From: Octopus vulgaris
Lineage: Eukaryota
Direction of reading: 5' to 3'
DNA length: 64,000 nucleotides
Assembly: GCA_951406725.2 (NCBI GenBank)
Contig: OX597825.1
Coordinates: forward strand, 72,044,001 to 72,108,000
In this document: in pieces, positions 15,205 to 29,399 of the stretch
Numbering within the stretch: the first letter of the stretch is position 1
Layout: each line of letters begins with the position of its first letter
Notes under the pieces: generated by a model
Told to the model about the DNA's origin: nothing
Seen by the model: the letters and a program-made list of their open reading frames with translations, nothing else
The model's database searches: none
Translations under genes and position numbers: made by a program

Positions 15205-15348
15205 GACGGGCTTCTTTCAGTTTCACAAGGCTTTGGTCGGCCCGAGGCTATAGTAGAAGACACTTGCCCAAGGTGCCACGCAGTGGGACTGAACCCGGAA
15301 CCATGTGGTTGGTAAGCAAGCTACTTACCACACAGCCACTCCTGGGCC
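14874..15348 (-). mobile_element. SINE-A full length
   Basis: Head at 15348, internal (ACAT)n(AT)n, tail. Confidence 0.9.
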
Positions 15349-15499
15349 TATTAATAAAAAAAAGAAAACTTATATACCACAACGTATACCAAAACAATAA
15401 CTATTTCAAATTTCGGCACATTTTTGTCCGACGCTTTAACGATTTTGTCAGCTTGCAGCCTTAATGATGATAAAGATTCAATTTACAATAGATACAAGG

Positions 15500-16509
15500 C
15501 TTGAAATTAAAAGAAGAGCAGGTGGGTTAGTCAATTGCATCGATCCCAGTATTTGACTGATACTTTTCTTTTTATCGACCCGAAGGATAAAAGGGCAAAA
15601 TGGATCCGTGAGACATTTGAACTCTGAACGTAAAAACTGTCGAATTGTCGCTACGCATTTTGTCCAGCGAGCTAACTATCCTTATTTCTTTACTACCCAC
15701 AAGGGGCTAAACACATAGGGGACACAAAAGGACAGACAAACGGATTAAGTCGATTATATCGACCCCAGTGCGTAACTGGTACTTATTTAATCGACCCCGA
15801 AAGGATGAAAGGCAAAGTCGACCTCGGTGGAATTTGAACTCAGAACGTAAAGACAGACGAAATATCGCTAGGCATGCTAACGTTTCTGCCAGCTCGCCGC
15901 CTTAACACAATACTAATATGATTTCCTAACTATTCTGTTAGCTTGTCTCCTTAATAATAACGGTTTCAAATTTTGGCATAAAGGCAGCAATTTCTTTTTT
16001 TTTTTTTTTTTGCGATGGTGGTGAGAAGCCTTAATAATTATTATAATAAACTTTTCTACTAAAAGGCACAAGGCCTGAAATTTGCGGCTAGGGAACTAGT
16101 CGATTACATCGAACCCAGTGTTTCACTGGTACTTAATTCATCGACTTTGATTCTACGGAACATTCTGGAGAGTGGGTGACAGCAGCAATACCAGTTTGTA
16201 ACTAATTTTCAGCTGACTGGACTGGACCAACGTGAAATGATGGGCCTTGTCTAAAGGCACAGCACGCCACCCGGTCCTGGAATCGAACCTACAATGTATT
16301 GATCGTAAGCCCGACTCTTTAAATTCTGGGCCACGAGCCTTCACAGAAGAGCTTCGCCCGAAACATTAGATATTTCTCCCATAAAAGACATACGAATTTA
16401 AACTGAAAAATATTTAAATTTAAGCAAAGGAACCTACATACATGCATACAAACATGCATACATACATACATACATACATATGTGTGTGTGTGAGAGAGAG
16501 AGAGAATGT

Positions 16510-16571
<62 letters not shown>

Positions 16572-17272
16572 GTATGTGTGTGTGTGTGTGTGTGTACTTA
16601 TATATTCTCTTGTCAATTGACGGTGCTCAGTGAAGCACGATCACAGTGGAAAAAGTGTCCAAACCACAGCAATTATTGTCGGAAGCGAAGCGAGGTAAAT
16701 GTAAAGTTTAGCTAGAATATTGGACATAGAGGGCTGAAAAGTGTTTCGAAGTGGGCGGAGGGTTGTCGTCAATAATCAACGACACCAAGGATTACAACCA
16801 GTCAGCTGAAACGGAAGAAAATCTGATTAGCCATGATATCTAGCTGAAGATAATTCACTGCTTATCACCTCAAGCCAAGATATTCTTTGCCATAAAAAAA
16901 AAAAAAATAATAATAATCCTTTCTACTATAGGTACAAGACCTGAAATTTCGGGGGAGGACGTAAGTCGATTACATCGACTCCAGTGCTCAACTGGTACTT
17001 ATTTTATCGATCCCAGAAAGGATGAAAGCCAAAGTGGACCCCGGCGGAATTTGAACTCAGAACGTAACAACGGGTGAAATACTGCTAAGCATTTCGTCCA
17101 ACGTGCTGACGATTCTGCCAGCTCACCTCCTAATAATAATAATGATAATGGTTTCAAATCTTGCTACAAGGGCAGCAATTTGGCGGGAGGGAATGAGTCG
17201 ATTATATCGACCTTAGTATTCTACTGGTACTTATTTTATGGACTCCGAAAGGATGAAAGGTAAAGTCGACAG
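15500..17272 (-). mobile_element. Cluster of SINE-B copies (about 15500-15675, 15683-15903, 16050-16148, 16915-17130, 17148-17272) and a SINE-D head (16150-16345)
   Basis: Repeated atcgaccccagtg...ctggtactt...gaaaggatgaaaggcaaagtcgacc motif. Confidence 0.75.
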
Positions 17273-17735
17273 TTTTGAAAAAGACTTGAATGTGTATATT
17301 CTCAGAAAATATTCTGAAACTGCTACACTTTCAGCACTCAAAATGCATGAGGAGAAATATGGTTGCAAGCTATTAACATCACGCCTTGGAGGAATGAATA
17401 AAAGGACAGGAGAATTTCGTTATATTTACACAAAACTGTTTGATTAAATATTCTTCTTTTTCCTTTTCTGTTTTTCTTTTCTTTTCTTTTATCTTTCTTT
17501 ATCTTCCTGCCAGTTGTAAACTTGAAAACTGAAGACTGATGATGTCATTCCATCAACGCGGGAACGCTGGTTGCTCTCGTTCGTATATTGGATTTGAATT
17601 TCTATAATTTTGAATTTCTATGTATAACTTTTCATTTTGAACTCGACAAAGAAGTCGAAACATCGTTCAACCAATGAAATATCTATTGCAATCACATCGT
17701 GCTCTTCGTATTGTCTACTACTACTACTACTACTA

Positions 17736-18676
<941 letters not shown>

Positions 18677-18741
18677 CATTATTATTATTATCATTATTAT
18701 CATTATTATTATCATTATTATTATCATCATTATTATTATTA

Positions 18742-18805
<64 letters not shown>

Positions 18806-18824
18806 CATTATTATTATTATTTAA

Positions 18825-18985
18825 GCAGCGGCTTGATGTTCTGTGTTCAAATTTCGCCAAGGTTGACTTTGCCTTTCATCCTCTCGATATTTGATAAAAT
18901 AAGTACCAGCTGGACATTGGGGTCGATGTAATCGATTTGCTCCCTCTCTCGCATTTGCTGGCCCTGTACTAAATTTTGAAGCCAT
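18825..18985 (+). mobile_element. SINE-B fragment
   Basis: ggttgactttgcctttcatcc...aagtaccag. Confidence 0.7.
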
Positions 18986-19546
18986 TATTGTTGTTGTTGT
19001 TGTTGTTGTTGTCGTCGTCGTTATTGTAGTTGTTGTTGACGCTATTGTTGCAGATTTTATTGGGTTTTTTTTTCTCATACAAAATGGCTGAAGAAAACGT
19101 AAGTTTATGGAAACGAACGAAGCTTGTCTAAATCAAAGCAAAACTAATTCATTTTACAAACGTATCGGGCGAAATGCCAATAAATAGAAAATGTAAGTTC
19201 AAATTTCTGAAAGGGCGGTGGATGAAGGAGGCGTTTGAGGTGGATTTCATGACAAACAGAAACAAACGCCCCACCATACTACCACCACCACCATCATACT
19301 CACACATCACCGCCTCACATACATACACATACTCTTGTAGGCACACACAAAAAATATAAATAAAAAAGAAATAACAAATGTGATAGAAAAAGAAATAAAT
19401 AAAGAGAAATGATGTTGATAACGATCTATGAATCTCGAAAATGCTATATCGTTAATAATCTATGCGTTGTAATATATATATATATATATAACTTGTTATC
19501 AACACTATTTTTATACAACGATGGAATGACACCGCGAATGCGAGAC

Positions 19547-19598
<52 letters not shown>

Positions 19599-19644
19599 TA
19601 TGCTGATGTTGATGATGATTATAATGATGATGATGATAATGATA

Positions 19645-19748
<104 letters not shown>

Positions 19749-19769
19749 GATGATAATAATAATAATAAT

Positions 19770-19863
<94 letters not shown>

Positions 19864-20190
19864 TACCTGTTTCATAGGTGCCCTGGAAATGATAGCAAAA
19901 GGGGCTGATTGCTACCTAGCTCAGATATCAGGAAACCCCAAAATGGCAGATATTCAAAAGATAGTATTCATGGGAACTGCCCATATCCTACGAAAAATAC
20001 TTTCTACGTAATCTCAAGTTTTAAAACAAACATAATTTTCTTATGGTTTCTTAGACATTAACTAGTACAACACTAAGTTCAAAACCAAATATATGGCACC
20101 CTAGGTATAACACCAACATGTACTTCCAACTTGTTGTCTCTTGAGGTCTCTTGGTGAGACTTAGAGCCAACTTGTACAAATGTAAATCAA
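19864..20190 (+). mobile_element. R4/Dong-like 3' end (same family as 10826-11176)
   Basis: IGALEMIAKGADCYLAQISGNPKMADIQKIVFMGTAHILRKILST*; follows (AAT)n. Confidence 0.8.
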
Positions 20191-20199
20191 CCACATTAC

Positions 20200-21088
20200 T
20201 CATTTTTGTTGGCACTTATTCTGACAGTCTCTTTTGCCGAACTGCTAAGTTAGAAGATGTAAACAAACCAGCACTGGTTGTCAAGCGGTGGAGGTGAAAA
20301 ACACAAAGACATACACTTACATATATGTATACACGATGAGTAGTCGCACCGTTTACATTTACCAAATTCAGGCACAAAGCATTGATGGGTCTGGGGTTAT
20401 ATCAGAAGACACTTGACCAAGGCGCCGGGCAGTGGGACTGAACCCAAAACCAGGTGGTTGCAAGGCGAGCTTCTTTACCTTACAGCCATACTTGCGCCTG
20501 TATGTAAAGTATATAGACTATCCAAGAGGGTGAATTTTATTATAAGCTCTTTGGACTACCATCTTGTTATCATAGACTACGGAACTGGCGTATTTGATTG
20601 GCATGTTTAATTTATTTATTCATTAATTTATTATTTATAGGCACAGCCTTGCCTATGTGGTGAAGAAGTTCACTCCGCAACCACGTGGTTTCAGGTTCAA
20701 TCCACTGCGTGGCAACTTGATTAAGTGCTTTCTGTTGTAGCAAGAGTTGACCAACGTCTCGTGAGTGAATTTGGAAAACAGAAATTGTAAAGAAACCTGT
20801 CTACCCTCAGGTCGACCAAAACCTTGTGAGTAGATTTGGTAGATGGAAACTGAAAGAAGCCCGTCGTATATGTGTGTGTGTGTGCGTGTGTGTATTTGTC
20901 TCCCACTACTGCTTGACAACCGGTGCTGGTGTGTTTCCGTCCCTTTAGCAGTCTCTCAAACATGTCTGATAGAATAAGTACCAGGTTTTAAAAAATTCCT
21001 TGGGTCGATTCGTTCGACTAAAATGAATTCTCCAAGGCGGCGCCCCAGCATGGCCGCTGCCTAATGACTGAAGGAAGTGAAAGATAAG
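20200..21088. mobile_element. Two diverged SINE-A copies, head to head (20200-20499 minus; 20640-21088 plus)
   Basis: Homology to SINE-A. Confidence 0.7.
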
Positions 21089-21876
21089 ATGTACATATAT
21101 ACATACAACCATACATACATACAACCATACATACATACATACATACATACATACATACATACATACATACATACAACCATACATACATACAATCATACAT
21201 AGATACATACATATAACCATGCATACAACCATACATACAACCATACATACATACATACATACATACATACATACATACATACATACATACAACCATACAT
21301 ACAAACATATATACAAATATACATACATACAACCATACAAACATACAACCATACATACATACAGACATACATACAACCATATATACATACATACATACAT
21401 ACATACATACATACAACCATACATACATATGTACATACAACTATACATATATACAACCATCCATCCATACATATATACATACATACATACATACATACAT
21501 ACATGCATGCATACATACATACATACATACATACATACATACATGCATACATACATACATACATACATGCATACATACATACACACATACATAATGGTAG
21601 TCTCTCGTAATCCGAGAGCCACTTCTTGCTGAACAATCTTCAGAAATGATTTTGTTCATAGTGATCAGAAGTTTATGCTGTACATCAGCTCCCTCCCTCC
21701 CTCCATCAAAGTAATGTTACCTGAATACGTGCACAGTATCCCACACATAAGGTGTCGATATGAACGACTTTTGGTTGTTCCTCAAGCTGAAGAATTTCGG
21801 GGGCAGTTGCTTTGAAGAAGATGGGAGTGGTGACAAGGTTCTTGGATACCTTAACTTTGGGGGTCTTCCAAAGGAG

Positions 21877-22290
21877 CTTCAATATGGCTCAGAAACCTGG
21901 ATGTTATCAAAGAAGGTTGAGAGGCGGTTGGATGGAACCTACATTCGCCTCCTTATGAGAGCTCAAAATCTCTCGTGGAAGCGTTATCAAACCAAAATGC
22001 AAATATATGGGAAACTACCACCTGTGTCATCTCTTGTGAAAGGTAGGAGAGTCCCAGTTTGCTGGACATTGTTGTAGAGCTGAAAAAGAAGTAATTTCTA
22101 CTCTTCTCCTCTGGAAGCCATCTACTCGCAATACCAGAGGGCGCACACTCTCCTACCCTGATGTAATCTCCAGGGATACAGGCATCCAGCAACAGGACCT
22201 CCATAATGCCATGATGGACCGTGAAGTCTGGCGTAGCATGGTAAATTCCATTGTCTCGACTACGGTCGAACAATGATGATGATGATGATG
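21877..22290 (+). mobile_element. RTE-clade LINE 3' end
   Basis: LQYGSETWMLSKKVERRLDGTYIRLLMRAQNLSWK...FAGHCCR...AMMDREVWRSMV; (TGA)n tail. Confidence 0.85.
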
Positions 22291-22680
22291 AAGTGGCTGG
22301 AGCGCTACAACAATTTCATTGAAGTCAAAAGATCCTATTTTGAAGAAGATTAGAATTTTGAAATTGATTAATTAATTCCAAAGCTATTAATTAATATCTT
22401 TGGAAGTAATACGTGCCTCTAAACTAGCTACGGCAGTACATATTCTAAATTCCGTCGCAGTCGACTCTGCCTTTCATCCTTTCAGGATAGATAAAATAAG
22501 TACCAGTTTATAACTGGGGTCGACGTAACCGACTCATCTCCTTGTCTGAAATTGCTGGCCTTGTGCCATAATTCGAAATCAATATCTGGAATGCACATTG
22601 TGTGTATGTGTGTATGTTTGTATGTGTGTGTTGGTGTGTGTATACGTACATACATAATACCTACACACACACACACACAT

Positions 22681-22751
<71 letters not shown>

Positions 22752-22995
22752 TAGATATGGGTGTTTTTGGGCGTGTAATTTAGTGTTTGACAACTGGGGT
22801 TTGGCTTGTTTACACATCACCCCGTAACGTAGTGGTTCGGCAAAATTCACCGATCAAATAACTACCAAAACTAAAACATAAGTACCGCACTAAGGTCAGT
22901 TTATTCGACTAATCCGTTTTTATGTCGGTTACTGCAGCATGGCCGCAGTCCAATAATTTGAAACAAGTAAAAGAATAAAATAATTGATTTCCCTA

Positions 22996-23401
22996 TCTTT
23001 ACTCTTTTTACTCTTTTACTTGTTTCAGTCATTTGACTGCGGCCATGCTGGAGCACCGCCTTTAGTCGAACAAAACGACCCCGGGACTTATTCTTTTTGT
23101 AAGCCCAGTACTTATTCCATCGGTCTCTTTTGCCGAACCGCTAGGTGACGGGGATGTAAACACACCAGCATCGGTTGTCAAGCAATGCTAGGGGGACAAA
23201 CACACACACATACACATATATATATATATACATATATACGACAGGCTTCTTTCAGTTTCCGTCTACCAAATCCACTCACAAGGCTTTGGTCGGCCCTGGG
23301 CTATAGCAGAAGACACTTGCCCAAGATGCCACGCAGTGGGACTGAACCCGGAACCATGTGGTTGGTTAGCAAGCTACTTACCACACAGCCACTCCTGCGC
23401 C
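22996..23401 (-). mobile_element. SINE-A full length, young
   Basis: Head cctgcgcc at 23401; short flanking repeat cctatct. Confidence 0.9.
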
Positions 23402-23871
23402 TATCTATTTATTTGTTTATATATTTATTTGTTTGTGTGTTTGTTTTGCTTTGTTTGTCTGAAATCATTTAAAAGCTATTTGTTGCTGCTTAAATCTAGC
23501 TTGTGTATGTATAATTTCCAGTTTAACATTGTAGAAAAGATAAAATAAGAATAAAAACGAAACACTTTACACCTACCTCTTCTCTCAACCGTTTCTTAGC
23601 CGATTATAGAAATATTTTTTTTCTTTAGCAATTTTTTTTTTCTTAACACGGATATAACCATTTAAATTCTCATTTTTCTGAATATTTATTTATTTATTTA
23701 TCACATTCATTTGTTTATTTCATTGATCTTATTATTGTTTCATTGACAGGCGGCAGAGTTTAACCTCCATTTTGTCGAGTTTTTCGGGGTTTTCTTTTTA
23801 CCTTTTTTTATATTTTATATTTTTAATTTTTACGTCAATAAGATGTCACCGAGTTAGTTCCTGCACGACTA

Positions 23872-23914
<43 letters not shown>

Positions 23915-23976
23915 TGTGTGTGTGTATGTGTGTGAGTGTGTGTGTGTGATGTGTGTGTGTGTGTGTGTATGTGTGT

Positions 23977-24059
<83 letters not shown>

Positions 24060-24062
24060 CGT

Positions 24063-24137
<75 letters not shown>

Positions 24138-24610
24138 ATTAACATACGGTTCCTCCGCCTCGGAGCTAAACTGCTCGCTGACATGGGAGTTAACTCCTTG
24201 ACTATTCCCTACACACAGGAAAAGCCAAACAACGGAAGCGTTTTGTCCTCCCTCGCTCCTATTCCCCCAATCACCGTCCCTTATTCTCTTTTCACCTCTA
24301 ACACTCACCGTCACGCGGTGTCGCCGCCACTTGAGGCCAATGGCTGTTGTTATGTGTTAAGTGGAAATTTATTAAGCTGCTTCACTAATCCGATTCAAAC
24401 AGTCAGCACTTGTCTCTGACGTAAGTGGAAGCAAAGAGCCACCTCCTGAGTGTTCTCTCTCTCTACCACAAACTCTCCTTCACACACAGACATATACACA
24501 CATACGCTCTCTCTCTCCCCCTTCTCTCTTTCTCTCTCTCTACCACAAACTCTCCTTCACACACAGACATATACACACATACACCCTCTCTTCCTCCCTC
24601 TCTCTCTCTC

Positions 24611-24651
<41 letters not shown>

Positions 24652-24800
24652 CCTCAACCTCTCCGGTGACAATTGACATCAACAACCGTTGAATAGGGCC
24701 ACCAACGCAGCATTTGAACGGCTGCTTTAGCTCTTTATAATCCGATCAAAATCAAATCGTGGCATCGGTCTGACAGATGCCGAAAATTTGTTGCTGTTGC

Positions 24801-24847
<47 letters not shown>

Positions 24848-25188
24848 TTGGTGTTGGTGTTGTGGCTAATTTTCTTTTTTTTTTTCTCTCTTTTTTTTGA
24901 AATAAAATTATACATTTTTAAAAAACAATTATGAAACATTTATGAAACAAAATAAACTAAAAAACAAAACAAATATCATCATCGTCACCACTGTCAACAT
25001 AAGCGCTATCATGGTAAACATCCTCTGGAAAATTCTTCTTCTTCTTCTTCTTCTTCTTCTTCTTCTTCTTCTTCTTCTTCTTCTTCTTCTTCTTCTTCTT
25101 CTTCTTCTTCTCCTTCTTCTTCCTCTTCCTCTTCCTCATCCTCTTACTACTACTACTACTACTACTACAACACACATACATACATAAG

Positions 25189-25273
<85 letters not shown>

Positions 25274-25574
25274 TTATTTTGTAGATATGTAAACAGGCTA
25301 AATTGAAAAAAATAATGAACCACCTTAATCGATTAATCGATTTTCGAACCTCATGGATTCCCATCAGAGGTATCTACATTACTTTGACCAACCCCAGAGA
25401 AGCAAGCGGATTATCTGTTTATATGCTCAACAAAGCCAATAGCTCCAGAGAACCGCAGCTGCTAATTAGCCTGGTCTGTTCTAATTGAGCAGACATATGG
25501 CCAAAGGCTTTCCAGTCGTGACCATCCAGTTCTTATCATCAAATTACACTTTTAGATTATGCAATATGTAACCT

Positions 25575-25878
25575 CTCGAGAGAGCTGTTCTTTACTCCTG
25601 CTCAAGAGCGTCGGCTGCGGGGTCACTCCGAAAAGCTCTATCTGTGACGATTTCATCTCAATCGAAGGAGAGGGGCTTTCTCCGTCCGGGTTGCGGATCC
25701 GTGGAATAAGCTGCCGGACGAGATAGTGAATATGCAGACGACCGCTCGGTTCAAAGTCTCTGTTGACCAGAAATGGCCTGAACCCTTTGCATGAACACCA
25801 TCCTGTACATAACTCCATGTCCCCCTACATGGCCTTGCTTTTTGCTTTTTGAGCCCAAAAATTAACTTAACTTAACTT
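25575..25878 (+). mobile_element. CR1-clade LINE 3' end
   Basis: ELFFTPAQERRLRGHSEKL...FSVRVADPWNKLPDEIV...FK; (AACTT)n tail. Confidence 0.8.
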
Positions 25879-26004
25879 TTCAAAACCCTGGTGGTGTAAT
25901 TTGACGAGGGACTTGGCTGCCATTTCTAGCTAGTGGAGTGACCACTTTGATGCTCGGCTGTTGGATAATTGTTATTTAACCCCAGGAGTAATCTTAAATA
26001 ATTC

Positions 26005-26765
26005 TTTATGTCCTCTATCATTCCATGTCATTAGCCAGATCTGGATTATATCAGAGTGCTAATAAGGTACCTGTCCAGATTCCCTTTATGTCACACACAC
26101 ACACACATGTATGTGTGCAGATTTGTATGTTTTATGTATGTATTCTCATAGTTACATATCTAGACATGCTTATATACACTTACATGATAAAATTCTGGAA
26201 AGTTTTACAGATTTTTACAGTTCCAGTGATGGACTGGATCTGTAGTCTTCGAATTAGCTTTCTCCTTTCTGGTTTTGAGAAGCCTAATTTCTCAAGATTG
26301 GTATTTAGGCAGTGTGTTACATATCTCAGGGCCTCAATAGTTACAGGTAATAATTCTGAACTTGTAATCTGGACAGAATAACTGCAGATTTCTCAATAGT
26401 TCAGCCTGGGTGTTCACTTTTTCACTGATCATCAGCTTTATGTTAACATCCGTTGGGCAGTTAATTTCCACAACTGTGCACAGTTTCTCTTCTCTAACCC
26501 AAATCATCATATCAGATCTGTTGTGTCTACATTTTATTGAGGTCTTCATTGGTACATTCCACTAGTATTCCTTTTTATTATAAGTGGCTATGGCTTCTAC
26601 CATATTGTGAGTTCTTATTTCTCTGTTCTCAGAATTATCCTTCCGACAAATTTCACTATAGAGTGTCCTAGCCATAACGTCATGTTTCATCGGTAGATAA
26701 TACCGTGATGACATTTTCGGACAACAGCTTATGACGTGGATGATATCTTCAGTGTGAACTCCACA
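26005..26765 (-). mobile_element. R4/Dong-like retrotransposon fragment, third family
   Basis: DIIHVISCCPKMSSRYYLPMKHDVMAR...HNRSDMMIWVREEKLCTVVEINCP (PD..E-type nuclease region). Confidence 0.8.
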
Positions 26766-27612
26766 AAGTCTGTATGTATGTATGTATGTATGTATGTATG
26801 TATGTATGTATGTATGTATGTATGTATGTATGTATGTATGTATGTATGTATGTATGTATGTATGTATGTATGTATGTATGTATGTATGTATGTATGCATG
26901 TATGTATGTATGTATGTATGTATGTATGTATGTATGTATGTATGTGTGTGTGTATGTATGTGTGTGTGTATGTATGTATGTATGTATGTATGTATGTATG
27001 TATGTATGTATGTATGTATGTGTGTGTGTGTGTATGTATGTATGAAAAGAAAAATGAAGGTAAAGTTCCTCAGATGCATTTGTGAAAAGGTAGCTGACTG
27101 TGGTGAAAATGGATAGAATGGGTGGAATTTCTCTAAATATACACCCGTAGCGCGGGGAATAACATTCGGAGAACGGCTTAGGTCCTTACTTGTCGGACTG
27201 ATTTATGGGGTTCTTTGATGGGCCCCAATTAGAGTCTTTCCAGTATCAGAAAGACTGCAGAATTTACGTATTCATAGGAATCAGCTGATTTTGCCTTAGA
27301 ATTACGTTAAGGGTTAAATATGTCCCTGGGATCATCAGCAACGTGCACATTAATTCATGGAGCAAATAATTCAGTTGATTAAATAACTTGAGACCGACGG
27401 AGATCTGCTTCATACACGCACACACACACACATGATATCTGTCCATTCGTTACCGAGGAAGACCACTGACCATCAAGAACAAATTTATACTTTACACTTG
27501 TGGTTTCGCATGTTATTGATGAGCCTAGCCCTTGATAAACGAACACTTCTGCGGAAACGACAGACCAAGCTTCCCACATTCCCTACACTGGCATCGCTTA
27601 ATTTCTGTATGC

Positions 27613-27824
27613 TCTTTACTCTTTACTCTTTTACTTGTTTCAGTCATGTGACTGTGGCCATGCTGGAGCACCGCCTTTTAGTCGATCAAATCGACCCCAG
27701 GACTTATTCTTTGTAAGCCTAGTACTTATATTATCGGTCTCTTTTGCCGAACCGCTAAGTTACGGGGACATAAACACACCAGCATCGGTTGTCAACCAAT
27801 GCTAGGGGGACAATCACACACACA

Positions 27825-27880
<56 letters not shown>

Positions 27881-28093
27881 ACACCCACCCACACACCCAC
27901 ACACACACACACACACATATATATATACATATATACGACAGGCTTCTTTCAGTTTCCGTCTACCAAATCCACTCACAAAGTTTTGGTCGGCCCGAGGCTA
28001 TAGTAGATGACACTTACCCAAGGTGCCACGCAGTGGGACTGAACCCGGAACCATGTGGATTGTAAGCAAGCTACTTACCACACAGCCACTCCT
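27613..28093 (-). mobile_element. SINE-A full length
   Basis: Homology along the full length; internal (CA)n. Confidence 0.9.
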
Positions 28094-28287
28094 TTTTTTT
28101 TTCAAAAACACCTACTCCTTTCTTAACTTGTGTCCTGCATTGGTGGCGATGACAAGCATTGCTTTCCTCTATTATCACTCCATATTTCACATGCTTTCAA
28201 CGTTGAAAGCATGTGAGGATGTAATCTCCCGTCGGAAAATTCAGTTTTTCCTGAACGGTTGCGCAGATTGTTTGTTTGTAGTGATTA

Positions 28288-28802
28288 CCGTAAACCCTCG
28301 AATATAGTCCGCCCTTGAGTATATTACACAGAGGACGTTTAGGGGGATGTACCTCTGAAAAACCTAAACCTTGTGTATAATGCGCACCCCTTCTCTAACT
28401 TGAGTCGTGCGTAATTAAACCAGCAGCACCTAGTCGAACAAACACTTCCACGTATGCGTAATACAATAATGGTGAAGTTCTTAACTGTTATATGGGAATG
28501 TAAATATGTTTGCAAATTGTTTTTGTTACATGTTATTCTGTTTTCTTTTATTTTAATAAATGTTGCTTACTGCAAGTTATGGATGATTCTTTTATGACTT
28601 CATTGCTTTCAGGCTTAGCTTAAGGTATTTTTGCGCCCTACATCACAAAATGCGTCTGAATAAACATTGCCGGATAAAAAATAGAGACTCGGACATTGCT
28701 TAGAAAATATTTTTCATTTTTAACCTCGTATATAGTACGCACTAGGGATTTTAACCTTTAAATTTTCAGAAAAAAGTACGGATTATACTCGAGGATTTAC
28801 AG
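28288..28802. mobile_element. MITE with CCGTA-type TIRs (pogo/Tc2-like), TA target site
   Basis: TA|ccgtaaaccctcgaatatagtccg ... cggattatactcgaggatttacag|TA, 20/24 TIR identity. Confidence 0.75.
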
Positions 28803-29341
28803 TAAATCTATGGGCTGTACATTAGCTCACTCACTACATTAAATCGATATGTTCTGTCCAGATTTATAAGTGTGCCATGCGTCAGAGCAAGGTGGAAAGA
28901 AGTGTTTTGCTAAAGAACGCAACAAGAAACCCAGCCTTTGAATTGAACCCAGGACCTTGCGATTGTGAATGCAACACCCTAACCACTAAGCTACGCACCT
29001 TCACATACATGTATGTATGTATGTATGTATGTATGTATGTATGTATGTATGTATGTATGTATGTATGTATGTATGTATGTATGTATGTATGTATGTATGT
29101 ATGTATGTATGTGTGCATGCATGCATGCATGTATGTATGTATGTATGTATGTATGTATGTATGCATGCATGCAAGTATGTATGTATGTATGTATGTATGT
29201 ATGTATGTATGCATGCATGCATGTATGTATGTATGTATGTATGTATGCATGCATGCATGTATGTATGTATGTATGTATGTATGCATGTATGTATGTATGT
29301 ATGTATGTATGTATGTATGTATGTATGTTTGTATGTATGTG

Positions 29342-29399
<58 letters not shown>

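Noticed and set aside
17537-17580. CTGATGA motif
   Set aside because: No matching stem II/GAAA.
27270-27345. Minus-strand CTGATGA with downstream palindrome aatcagctgatt
   Set aside because: No GAAA, and poor stems I and II.
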